In this document: one piece after another, positions 8,662-19,130 of the stretch
Position numbering within the stretch: position 1 is the stretch's first letter
How the letters are laid out: each line of letters begins with the position of its first letter
Assembly: GCA_012521875.1 (NCBI GenBank)
Contig: JAAYLN010000006.1
Span: forward strand, 1 to 44,913
Direction of reading: 5' to 3'
From: Lentisphaerota bacterium
Lineage (GTDB): Bacteria; Verrucomicrobiota; Kiritimatiellia; RFP12; JAAYLN01
DNA length: 44,913 nt
Notes under the pieces: generated by a model
What the model was told of the DNA's origin: nothing
Databases searched by the model: none
What the model saw: the letters and a program-made list of their open reading frames with translations, nothing else
Made by a program: the position numbers and the translations under genes

Positions 8662-11600
8662 ATGGGCGCGAACATGGAAATATACAAGAGTCTGGACGCT
8701 GTGTATGCCCAGCCCCGACTCGCCGGCTACATTCGCGTTCTGGAACGAGCCTGGAGCGAGCTCGATCTCTCGTCTGTGCTCTGCGTCAATCATGTTCCAA
8801 CGCTCTACCGCATTGACAGCAAGAGTATTGTAGAGCCCGATACGCTTATTAAGCTGCATCGGCGGTTCTGGAATCAGGGTGTTGCTCGTGTCCTGCTCGT
8901 AGTTGACCCGAAAACCGCCTATCTCCTTTCCGGGCTCCAATGGCCACTTCAAGGAGGCCACCCCAAGATTACCGATCCGGATGACGCCGACTCACCGCTG
9001 CTGGATTTTCTAGAGCTTGCCACATTCTCGGAACAGGAACAGACAATCATCGAATCAGTCCGCACGGGCGATTTCTACCGGGTTTACAAAGATAAGTTTA
9101 AACAGACGCTGGCTGTAGATCAGTCCTTAACCGAGAACCTGATGAGCCTGCGCAACCACCTGATCCGTTCCGAAGGCGGGCCGAAGTTGCCGGATAATAT
9201 CGCCCATAATTTTATCTGCCGCTTGTTGTTTGTCTGCTATCTCGTGGATCGGGGCATTGTTACGCTTGATCGTTACCCCGGCTTGCATTTGCACGAAGCC
9301 CTGTTCAAGATTGGAGATGCGGCACGCGCGCGCGATTACTTATATAAATTGTTCAAACGGCTCAAGCACGAGTTCAATGGCAGCATGTTTGACGCCGATC
9401 TCGACGCCGAGAAGGAATATCTTACTGCAGAGCGTATCAAAGCCGTCATTGACTTGCTTCGAGGAGACGAACCGGACACCCGCCAGCCATCACTGGGTTT
9501 CTGGGCCTACGACTTCAAGTTCATCCCAATTGAAACGATCAGCGGCATCTACGAGGGGCTACTGCCAAGACGCGGCAAAAGGGATCAGGGCGTCTATTAC
9601 ACGCCGCGCTTTCTAGCCGAGTTTGCCATCGATGTCGCCATTGGCGACAATAAGGATTGGCATAAGCTCCGCTATCTGGATCCCTCCTGCGGATCCGGTG
9701 TCTTCCTCGTGACGCTGTTCAACCGCCTAGCCACCTGGTGGGAGATCGAGCACCGTGACCAGGAGGAGGATGCCAACTACAATGAGAGGAAGGATGATGC
9801 CCTGCGAAAAATCCTGCGCAACCAAATCTGCGGCATCGACCGTAATGAGCAAGCCGGCATGCTGGCATGCTTCAGCCTCCATGTGGCATTGCTCGACGCC
9901 TTTAGTCCGGCGACGATCAGTGAATACATTAAGCAATCGAAGTTCCGTAAGCTTCCCAAGCTTATGGAAAGCCCCCCGGCTCATGCGGACGACGAAAACT
10001 ATCTCCCGGTCATCCACACGCGTGACACCCTCAATCTTCAGACGGGTAATGACGAGGCTTTCAGGAACAGATTCGATGTGGTTATCGGCAACCCTCCATG
10101 GGGTGGTAAGGCACGGGGTTCGGGGGATATCGCGTTCCAATTTCTTGAAGGCGTAAAGCCGTTTACCAAACACGGCGGCAGCGCCTGTCTATTGCTCCCC
10201 TCGCGCCTCTTTCTCAACCTCAGCAGCAATGACTTTCAGGCGCAATGGCTTGCCAGAAACACGTTGCATCGCGTCGTCCAGTTGGCGGACTATAGATTTG
10301 TCCTCTTCTCCGAGGCGCAGTGCCCCTGCATGATTATAGCGTTCAGTCCCGAACCGCCAGCCAAGTCAACGCATGAGTTCCTGTACGACGCCCCCAAGTT
10401 CAACATCGCCTCACGGCGGCAGGGACTAGTGCTAATCAGCGAAGGGGATCGCAAGAGCGTTCCGCAGGCCAGGCTGCGGCAGGCTGCCGAACAGGGAATG
10501 GCGCCCATCACTTGGAAACGCCTTTTCTGGGGCACCCCGCGCGACCAGCGTTTTCTCAACCATCTGGATACATTCCCTCGCTTACGTGAGCGGTTTGCTG
10601 ATCGAAAGTCTGGCTGGATAAAGGGACAAGGATTCATCCCGGACAAACGCGACAGGAAGGGTGTTCTGCCACGTCGCTGGTGGGAGGATAGTCATCTTTT
10701 TCTCAATGCAAAATCCCGTCGGTTCGGAACAGACAACATCCTGTTTGAGCAGGATTGTGAACAGGTAGGCCACCAGTTTGAGGTGCTGTATCGTTCGCCA
10801 GACAGGGAGTTGTTCCTGCCGCCCGCGATTCTTTTCAACCAAGGGTTCACGAAGTTCGTCTATACCGACTTCCCGGTTCTCTTTCGCGATGCCATTCAAG
10901 CCATCCACGCCCCCGCCGGAGAGGAGGATCTGTTGCTATTTCTGCTGGCGTTCCTGCAATCCGATCTGGCCTTGTATTGCTGTTTCCACAACAGCTCGAT
11001 GCTTGGCATAGAACGCGATGTCGTGCGCTTGGAGGAGGTTCTCGATCTGCCGTTTCCTCTTCCTGCTGATGCCCCGTCAAAACAAGCCGCGCAGATCGTG
11101 CACAAGGTTGCCAACCGTTTGCGTGGTGAGAAGGCAACTCTACTGCGCCTGAAGCGGAATATGGATGACGCAGCATGGCTGGATGTGCGGGCGGCGCGAA
11201 CACCCGGTCTCAAGCAGTTCCTTGATGAGATGGTCTGCCAATATTTTGACCTTGCCGAGTCAGCGTGCTGGCTGATAGCCGATACGGTTAATGTGTTCAA
11301 GCCAAGCTCGACCCCGACTACTGCCGACAAGTTCGACCTGCCGACGCTTTTGCCGGTTCAAGAGGCGGGCGAGGTTTCGGGATATACCGACGGCCTGCAA
11401 GCCTATGCCGATGCCCTTGTTTCGACGCTCAACGGCTGGGCCGAAGAACAGAACTCCGGCTGGCGTGTCGCCGCGCAAGGTGGCGTCGATGCCGCGAGCG
11501 GGCTTGCGTTGGTTTCGCTCACCTTGGTTCGCACACCGGAACCATACCAGGATGTGCCACTGACTGGTTCAGTCTGGAGACGACTGTTCGACACTTTTGC

Positions 11601-11766
11601 CGAACAGAGGGTCATTGAGCGCTACGAGCGACGGATATTCGGTTTCGATGGCGACACCTTCCACGTGCTGCGCCCGATGTCGCTTGCGAACTGGACGCGC
11701 ACTGCCGCGCTCAACGATGCAGACGAACTGTTCGCCATGCTCCAGACAGGACGGAGGGCACACTGA
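8662..11766 (+). CDS. Large N6-adenine DNA methyltransferase (Eco57I/type IIG-like architecture)
   Basis: GVYYTP, LDPSCGSGVFL (motif I), VIGNPPW (motif IV), FNGSMF helical region, long C-terminal putative TRD; start ATG 8662 after GAGGG (ORF track starts at GTG 8629); visibly lower GC than flanks. Confidence 0.9.
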   Translation: MGANMEIYKSLDAVYAQPRLAGYIRVLERAWSELDLSSVLCVNHVPTLYRIDSKSIVEPDTLIKLHRRFWNQGVARVLLVVDPKTAYLLSGLQWPLQGGHPKITDPDDADSPLLDFLELATFSEQEQTIIESVRTGDFYRVYKDKFKQTLAVDQSLTENLMSLRNHLIRSEGGPKLPDNIAHNFICRLLFVCYLVDRGIVTLDRYPGLHLHEALFKIGDAARARDYLYKLFKRLKHEFNGSMFDADLDAEKEYLTAERIKAVIDLLRGDEPDTRQPSLGFWAYDFKFIPIETISGIYEGLLPRRGKRDQGVYYTPRFLAEFAIDVAIGDNKDWHKLRYLDPSCGSGVFLVTLFNRLATWWEIEHRDQEEDANYNERKDDALRKILRNQICGIDRNEQAGMLACFSLHVALLDAFSPATISEYIKQSKFRKLPKLMESPPAHADDENYLPVIHTRDTLNLQTGNDEAFRNRFDVVIGNPPWGGKARGSGDIAFQFLEGVKPFTKHGGSACLLLPSRLFLNLSSNDFQAQWLARNTLHRVVQLADYRFVLFSEAQCPCMIIAFSPEPPAKSTHEFLYDAPKFNIASRRQGLVLISEGDRKSVPQARLRQAAEQGMAPITWKRLFWGTPRDQRFLNHLDTFPRLRERFADRKSGWIKGQGFIPDKRDRKGVLPRRWWEDSHLFLNAKSRRFGTDNILFEQDCEQVGHQFEVLYRSPDRELFLPPAILFNQGFTKFVYTDFPVLFRDAIQAIHAPAGEEDLLLFLLAFLQSDLALYCCFHNSSMLGIERDVVRLEEVLDLPFPLPADAPSKQAAQIVHKVANRLRGEKATLLRLKRNMDDAAWLDVRAARTPGLKQFLDEMVCQYFDLAESACWLIADTVNVFKPSSTPTTADKFDLPTLLPVQEAGEVSGYTDGLQAYADALVSTLNGWAEEQNSGWRVAAQGGVDAASGLALVSLTLVRTPEPYQDVPLTGSVWRRLFDTFAEQRVIERYERRIFGFDGDTFHVLRPMSLANWTRTAALNDADELFAMLQTGRRAH

Positions 11767-12491
11767 TGAACTCCGCATCTCCCCCTCAATCCTGGCGAAT
11801 CAAACTGTTTCCCAAATCATATGTCCCCGTCCTGCTCCAGGACATCCTGGATGCCTTGCCCAGTCTCAAATCGCCGCCAGAAGATGTTACACGCCCAGAG
11901 GAGCACCTGAACCGACAACTTTATACCCTTCTCATGCGAAACCGGCGCTACTACAGCGGTCCGATAGAACCCAGTTACGAGCACTGGTTGCCGGATCTGA
12001 AGGGACGGGTTGACTTCTGTTTCAAGTGCGGTAAAGGAACAGAGACTTACTTTGCGGTCGAGGCCAAGCGACTCTTCATCACCTACCCAGGCGGGAAGAA
12101 GGCCGATCTGCTACAAGCCTACATTGACGAAGGGATGATGCGCTTCATCAAAGGCCGCTACGCCCCATTTCAGGAATCCAGCGCCATGCTGGCATACGTG
12201 TTTGACGCAACCTGTGCCGAGGCACGCAGCAGGGTCAAGGCCGCCATTGAAAACCGCCGTCACGAACTACGCCTGACGGCTGATTTCGGGACAAGTGCGC
12301 TCAAGGTAAAACCTCCTATCGACGAAACCCGCCACGTACTGGAATCAAAACCCTTTGTAATCTATCACATTTTCGCACAGCTATCCCCTCGACATGCGGA
12401 TAATCTTGGCGTCTTGGCGGTTAATCACCTGTGTGCGGACGGCACGGAAGTCGTTCATCCTGTCTCATCCGGGCATCGCGAAGAGCGATAG
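11766..12491 (+). CDS. Hypothetical PD-(D/E)XK-like nuclease-fold protein
   Basis: E...GRVDF...FAVEAKRL followed by YIDEGMMRF..GRYA; TGATG coupling to the methylase. Confidence 0.65.
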   Translation: MNSASPPQSWRIKLFPKSYVPVLLQDILDALPSLKSPPEDVTRPEEHLNRQLYTLLMRNRRYYSGPIEPSYEHWLPDLKGRVDFCFKCGKGTETYFAVEAKRLFITYPGGKKADLLQAYIDEGMMRFIKGRYAPFQESSAMLAYVFDATCAEARSRVKAAIENRRHELRLTADFGTSALKVKPPIDETRHVLESKPFVIYHIFAQLSPRHADNLGVLAVNHLCADGTEVVHPVSSGHREER

Positions 12492-13346
12492 CAGGCTGCT
12501 GGCGTTGAAGAGGGCGTGCATCACGATGGGTGTCAGCAGGTGCCCGGTCGCGATATAGCCCAGACCGCAGCCCAGGCCCACGCCCACTAGCGGCAGCAGG
12601 CTTCCGGCATGCATATGCAGCGCGGCGAAGAGTAGTGAAGACAGCAGCAGGGCGCGCCATGGTCGCATACCGTGACGCGCCAGCACGGGCAGCAGTATGC
12701 CCCGGAAGGCCACCTCCTCAACCACCGGCGCCACCACCAGCGCCGTAAAGATCACTACAACGACCCACGCCCAGCCGAGCTGGCCACCAGCCAGCCACTG
12801 CATCGCCTGTTGCTGCTCCAGCGGCCAGGCTATCCGTTGCAGTACGAGGGCGCCGCACAAGGCCAGCAGCCAGACCGGCATCAGCAGCATGATGCCCCCG
12901 CGCAGACCGGCACCAACGGCCGCGCGCACACTCTCCCGCCGGTCGCTGCCGGCCGCGCCCAAAAGCAGGCGCCAGCCATGCTCCGCATGGCGCATGCAAA
13001 CGGCAATCGCCAACACCATCAGGAGCGTCTGCAGCAAACTGCCCGAAAGCAACGAGAATAGCGAGGGCGGCAACGCTGCGGCCGCTGACTCAGGCTGCAG
13101 CATCTGCAGTGCCGTCAGCGCAAGTCCCCAGCCAAAGACCAGCAGCAGCGGCCAGACATCCAGGCCGGCGGCCGGCAAGGCCGCCAGCCGCTTGCTCACC
13201 CGCCGCCGAGCCGCGCCCCAGTCCGCGAACACCCGCACCAGTTGCTGCCAAAGCAGCACCACCCCCAGCATCCCCAGCACAAGGATGAGCCAGATGGCCA
13301 CCACGAACGGCGGCGCGGGGAGTTGAACTTCAGGGGTGAGGGGCAT
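12465..13346 (-). CDS. CPBP (CAAX/Abi) family intramembrane glutamic endopeptidase
   Basis: APVVEEVAFRG, FAALH, IVMHALFN motifs; many TM helices. Confidence 0.88.
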   Translation of the reverse strand: MPLTPEVQLPAPPFVVAIWLILVLGMLGVVLLWQQLVRVFADWGAARRRVSKRLAALPAAGLDVWPLLLVFGWGLALTALQMLQPESAAAALPPSLFSLLSGSLLQTLLMVLAIAVCMRHAEHGWRLLLGAAGSDRRESVRAAVGAGLRGGIMLLMPVWLLALCGALVLQRIAWPLEQQQAMQWLAGGQLGWAWVVVVIFTALVVAPVVEEVAFRGILLPVLARHGMRPWRALLLSSLLFAALHMHAGSLLPLVGVGLGCGLGYIATGHLLTPIVMHALFNASSLLSLFAMPG

Positions 13347-13350
13347 TATT

Positions 13351-13973
13351 AGGGTTCAGGGTTCAGTGGAGCCGCTGCCCTGCAGGGCGGCGGCAGTAGC
13401 AGTAGGCAGTAGCAGTAGGCAGTTATTGCGACCACACAGTGGCTCGCAATTTAGAGGGTAAAAGCGCTGCGCTGCCCTTTCGCCGCCCAGTGGCACACCT
13501 TGTCTCAACACCTTGTCTCCACACTTTGTCTCCACGCTTTGTCGGCTACGCTTCGTCCCCCCACTTTGTCCCTACGCTTTGTCGAAAGTCGTCTCCGGAG
13601 GCGGATACGGAGATCCGCCACAACGAAAAAGGCTCTGGGCGGGCGCGAGCCGCGGAGAAGTCTTGGGTAAGGGTTCACTTTGTCGTTTTGTCGGTAACTT
13701 TATCGGAAGCAGTCTCTGTTGGCGGACACGGAGGTCGGCCCGACAAAGCCGGGCGCTGGAGGTGTCGCGGGTTAGGTGCTATCATACCGTATCCCCGCCC
13801 CCACGGCCAACCCGAAACCCGAAAGCCGGGAGCCGAAAGCCGGGAGTCTCTTGCAAAACCATCGTGGCATGGGCGTCCCGCCCATGGATGGATCACGGGC
13901 AGGATGCCCGTGCCACATGCCCGCAGGCAAGGGTTCCGGCTGAAGCGCCCGTGGCATGGGCGTCCCGCCCATG
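13351..13973. repeat. Composite repeat nest A
   Basis: In order: GGGTTCA 7-mers, GC palindrome, GGCAGTA 7-mers, TTGCGACCAC hairpin, 13-mer ACACCTTGTCTCC array (13495-13585), GGCGGATACGGAGATCCGCC hairpin, TTTGTCG module, CCGAAA repeats, REP-like GTGGCATGGGCGTCCCGCCCATG (13864-13916, 13951-13973). Confidence 0.9.
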
Positions 13974-14012
13974 GCCGGATAAAAAAAAGATGAAAAAAGA
14001 GCGCTACACCTA

Positions 14013-14041
14013 TTGACTTGCGGTGTCAGAAAGTGTTTAAT
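14013..14041 (+). promoter_or_regulatory. sigma70-type promoter of the dcw cluster
   Basis: TTGACT (14013-14018), 17 nt, TTTAAT (14036-14041); A-tract upstream (13981-14000). Confidence 0.7.
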
Positions 14042-14068
14042 GGTGGCACCAAAGGTCAAGAAATGTCA
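14023..14068 (+). promoter_or_regulatory. Putative MraZ operator (10-bp-period direct repeats)
   Basis: GTGTCA, GTGTTT, GTGGCA, AGGTCA, ATGTCA starting at 14023/33/43/53/63. Confidence 0.55.
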
Positions 14069-14539
14069 GACGGAGACGACAAGGTTGTATCGCAGGGGCG
14101 CGCCGGTTCGCTACTGGGGCGTTTTCCCTGCCGTCTTGACCCCAAGCGGCGGATCACGATTCCGGCGACTTTCCGCAACCGCATGGGCAACCCTACCTAT
14201 GTCTACGTCCTCCCGGACCTCAACCGGCTCAACTGCCTCAACATCTTTCCGCCGGATGAGCTCGAGGCCCGTCTCGACAAGCTGCGTGCTTCGGCGCTGA
14301 CCGATAAGCGGGTCTCGGAGTTCGTGACCTGGGTAGGCTCGATTTCGGAGACGCTGGATGTTGATTCGCAGGGCCGCATCAGGATCTGCGATACCTTGCT
14401 TAACCGCATAGGCGTGAAGCGTGACCTGGCACTGATCGGAGCCTTCAACCGTATCCAGGTATGGGCGGAGGAGTCGGCACCGGCAGAGCAGGAAGCCTTC
14501 GAGAAGTTCGCCGATGCGGCCAGGGAGATAGGTTTTTAA
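14063..14539 (+). CDS. mraZ: Division/cell wall cluster transcriptional repressor MraZ
   Basis: LDPKRRITIP and VDSQGRIRI (two DxxxR motifs), IGAFNRIQVW; directly upstream of rsmH. Confidence 0.9.
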   Translation: MSDGDDKVVSQGRAGSLLGRFPCRLDPKRRITIPATFRNRMGNPTYVYVLPDLNRLNCLNIFPPDELEARLDKLRASALTDKRVSEFVTWVGSISETLDVDSQGRIRICDTLLNRIGVKRDLALIGAFNRIQVWAEESAPAEQEAFEKFADAAREIGF

Positions 14540-14555
14540 CCATGCAGGTGGCACC

Positions 14556-15557
14556 ATGCATATTCCGGTCATGTTGCAGGAGACAGTAGACTGCCTGGCA
14601 GTCCGTCCCGGCGGCGTCTATCTGGACGCCACCCTGGGCGAGGCCGGCCATGCCGTCGAGATCCTGCGCCGTGCCGCTCCCGGGGGCCGTCTGCTGGGCA
14701 TCGACCGCGATCCGGTAGCCATCGCGCGCGCTTCGGCGCGCCTGCAGGAGGCAGCGCCGGGTGCCGCGGTCTGCGTGCAGGGCAACCATGCCGATCTGGG
14801 TGTACTGGCGGATGAGCACGGCTTTCCGGCGCTGGACGGCGTTGTGATCGACACGGGCGTCTCCTCGGGGCAGCTTGACGAGGCGGAGCGCGGCTTCAGC
14901 TTCATGCGGGACGGCCCGCTCGACATGCGAATGGATCCGACACGCGGCGAGACGGCCGCGGAGCTGCTGGCGCGCCTCGACGCGGAGGGGCTGGCGGAGT
15001 GTTTCCGCACGCTGGGCGAGGAGCCGGGCGCCATGCGGATAGCCCGCGCGATCATCCGCGAGCGCGAACGGCGGCCGATCACGACCACGCTGCATCTGGC
15101 GGAGGTTGTCACGCGCGCCCTTGGCGGGCGCGGCAACTACCGTCGGCATCCGGCCACGCGCGTCTTCCAGGCGCTGCGGATGGCCGTGAATGGCGAGCTG
15201 GAGGCGCTGGAGGCGGCGCTCGAGGCGGCGCTGACGCGCCTGCGTCCGGGTGGACGGATGGCCGTCATCACCTTCGAGAGCCTGAACGACCGCCTGGTCA
15301 AGCAGACCTTCACGGAGCACGTGGGACGCGAGATTTCGCTGCAGCAGGGCGGCTCGCGCTGGGAAGGGCGTCTGCCGCGCATGACCTGGGTCGCGCGCCG
15401 CGCCATGCGGCCCGCGGAAGAAGAGGTGCGCCGCAACCCGCGCGCACGCGGCGCCAAACTGCGTGCCGTCAGCCGCCCGGCAGGCGGCGAAGAGAGTTTT
15501 AGGGATCGGGTGCCCCAGAGCACCCTGAAGACAACTTACACAGGAGAAATTGTATGA
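14556..15557 (+). CDS. rsmH: 16S rRNA m4C1402 methyltransferase
   Basis: HIPVM, DATLGEAGH, GVSSGQLD..RGFSF, LDMRMD, HPATRVFQALR, NPRAR. Confidence 0.95.
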   Translation: MHIPVMLQETVDCLAVRPGGVYLDATLGEAGHAVEILRRAAPGGRLLGIDRDPVAIARASARLQEAAPGAAVCVQGNHADLGVLADEHGFPALDGVVIDTGVSSGQLDEAERGFSFMRDGPLDMRMDPTRGETAAELLARLDAEGLAECFRTLGEEPGAMRIARAIIRERERRPITTTLHLAEVVTRALGGRGNYRRHPATRVFQALRMAVNGELEALEAALEAALTRLRPGGRMAVITFESLNDRLVKQTFTEHVGREISLQQGGSRWEGRLPRMTWVARRAMRPAEEEVRRNPRARGAKLRAVSRPAGGEESFRDRVPQSTLKTTYTGEIV

Positions 15558-15922
15558 GACTCACTAAAAGAACAAGGCGCAACCGCAAAAGAAAGCTCCA
15601 CTCCGCCGTATCAATGCCGCGGCGCTGGGCCAGTCTGCTGCTGGTGATGCTCGGCTTCGGCCTCATCTACGTGCTGGCCGACACCGCATGCCGTGGGATC
15701 AGCGAGAATATCCGCGCCCTGGAGAGCGAGCAGGAGGACATTGCCTTCAAGCTGCGCCGCGAGCAGAACCGCTGGAGCCTGATGACCACCAGTGATCAGA
15801 TCGAGCTTGCACTCAACCGTCATGGCCTGGACATGACACTGCCGCGTGGCGAGCAGGTCGTGCGCCTTGATGCCGCGTCCGGTGGCGACTACCGTCCGCG
15901 CGACCAGTTTGCCAACCGCTAG
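15554..15922 (+). CDS. ftsL: Cell division protein FtsL-like
   Basis: Basic N-tail, single TM, coiled coil; position between rsmH and ftsI. Confidence 0.6.
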   Translation: MRLTKRTRRNRKRKLHSAVSMPRRWASLLLVMLGFGLIYVLADTACRGISENIRALESEQEDIAFKLRREQNRWSLMTTSDQIELALNRHGLDMTLPRGEQVVRLDAASGGDYRPRDQFANR

Positions 15923-15939
15923 CATCATCGCCCGTCCCA

Positions 15940-17663
15940 ATGGACGGGCGGCGGGGGAGAAAGATGCCGGTGAAAGGCCAAAGGTTGCGCTTCTGGGCCG
16001 TACCCGCCCTGTTGCTCGGCTGGTACCTGCTGCTGGTCGTGCGGGCTGCCCACCTGCATCTGGGTGACCACACACCCCGCAATCGTTTTGTCTTGAAGCG
16101 CAGTCTGCCCGCCGCGCGCGGGTTCATATACGACCGCGCGGGGCGGCCGCTGGCCATTACACAGCCCGGCCGACGCATCTTTCTCGACTACTCCTGCCTT
16201 GCCACAAACCACAACGTGCCCAGGATCGCCTCGGTCGTCGCGGAGCTGACCGGGCGCGACACCGATGCGGTGCTGCTGGACTTCCGTTCGCGCCGCTCCA
16301 AGTACATGGTGCAGGGCATCAGCTTCGACGACCGCGCGCTTGAACTGGTGACCAACAAGACCATCTACAGCGGCGTGGGGCTGGAACGCGTGATGCGGCG
16401 GCAGTATCCGCTGGGACGTTGTCTCTCGCATGTCATCGGCTTCGTGAACCGGTATGAGGATGGGTTGGCCGGCATCGAGTGGCAGTACAACCGGTACCTG
16501 CGGGGAACAGACGGCTTCATCGAAAGCACGCGGGACGGCGACGGGTACGAAATCCGCTCGCGCCGCGCCACCACCGCAGACCCGATAGACGGTGCCCACG
16601 TCCACCTTACCATTGACCAGACGCTGCAGAAGAAGGCGGAGGAGATTCTGGCGGAGGGCGTGGCGCACGCCAATGCCGTCGGCGGGCAGGTCATCGTGCA
16701 GTTGGTCAAGACCGGCGAGATACTCGTCATGGCCGCGCTCCCCGACTTCGACCCGTCACACTACCGCGATGTGCCCTCGAAAGTCTGGAACAACCCCAAC
16801 ATCTGCTCAGTTTACGAGCCGGGCTCGACCATGAAGTCGATAATTGTGGCCGCCGCACTTAACGAGGGGCTTATCACACCCGACTCGGTCTTCGATGTCG
16901 GTCACGGCTCGTGGCACTATGGTGGCCATATTCTGCGCGACAAGGTCTACGGTCGCGTGGATGTGCGCACCATCCTGAAGAAGTCGAGCAACATCGGTGC
17001 CGCCATGATCGGGCTGCTACTGGGCAACCGGCGCATGGAGTGCTACCTGCGCGGCTTCGGTTTCGGCGAGCCGCTGGGCATCGATCTCCCGGGCGAGGCG
17101 CGTGGCCTCCTAAAGCCGTCCTCGCGCTGGTCAACGGTCACGCCAACCCGTATCGCGATCGGCCAGGGCGTCTCGGTAACCGCACTGCAGATGCTCAACT
17201 CCTACTGCACAATCGCCAACGGCGGGCACCTCATGCGTCCCTATGTGGTCTCAAAGGTTGTCTCCCCGAGCGGCGAGACGATCCTGCAAAACGGCCCGAC
17301 GGTTATCGGGCGCCCCATCCGGCCGGCAGTCGCCGCCCAGGTGCGCGAAATGCTCGTCTCGGTTACCGAGGGGGGCACGGGACGCCGCGCGGCCGTCGAG
17401 GGCTACACCATCGCCGGCAAGACCGGCACGGCGCAGCAGGTGGTCAACGGCGCCTATTCGCAGACCGACTACTGGGCCTCGTTCGTCGGTTTCGTGCCCG
17501 CCGAGGATCCCGTTTTCGGCATGCTCGTGGTCATCGACCGCCCCCGCGGTCTGCGGACGGGCGGTGCCGTCTCGGCCCCCGTCTTCTCGCGGCTGGCCCT
17601 CGTCGTGGCGCGCTATCTTGAACTACCCATCACGGCACCGTCGGACGCCGAGCTGGAGGCACT

Positions 17664-17667
<4 letters not shown>
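15940..17667 (+). CDS. ftsI: Class B penicillin-binding protein (FtsI/PBP3)
   Basis: ARGFIYDR, RQYPLG, GIE, SxxK (GSTMK), SSN, KTGTAQ; dcw position. Confidence 0.9.

Positions 17668-19119
<1,452 letters not shown>

Positions 19120-19130
<11 letters not shown>

Noticed and set aside
12465-13346. CPBP/'Abi' protease as a third component of the defence island
   Set aside because: Convergent orientation and host-like high GC; the family name does not imply abortive infection
13495-13585. 13-mer arrays (also 25720-25835, 34364-34471) as CRISPR or guide-RNA arrays
   Set aside because: Units are contiguous 12-14-mers with no unique spacers, and no cas or other effector genes are nearby
13439-14016. 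ORFs within repeat nests (e.g. 13439..13993, 25673..26606, 33671..34075, 34190..34768) sharing peptides such as MARNLEGKSAAL and STPCLHTLSPH
   Set aside because: Similarity derives from the DNA repeats; frames are not preserved between copies and there are no RBS or domain signals
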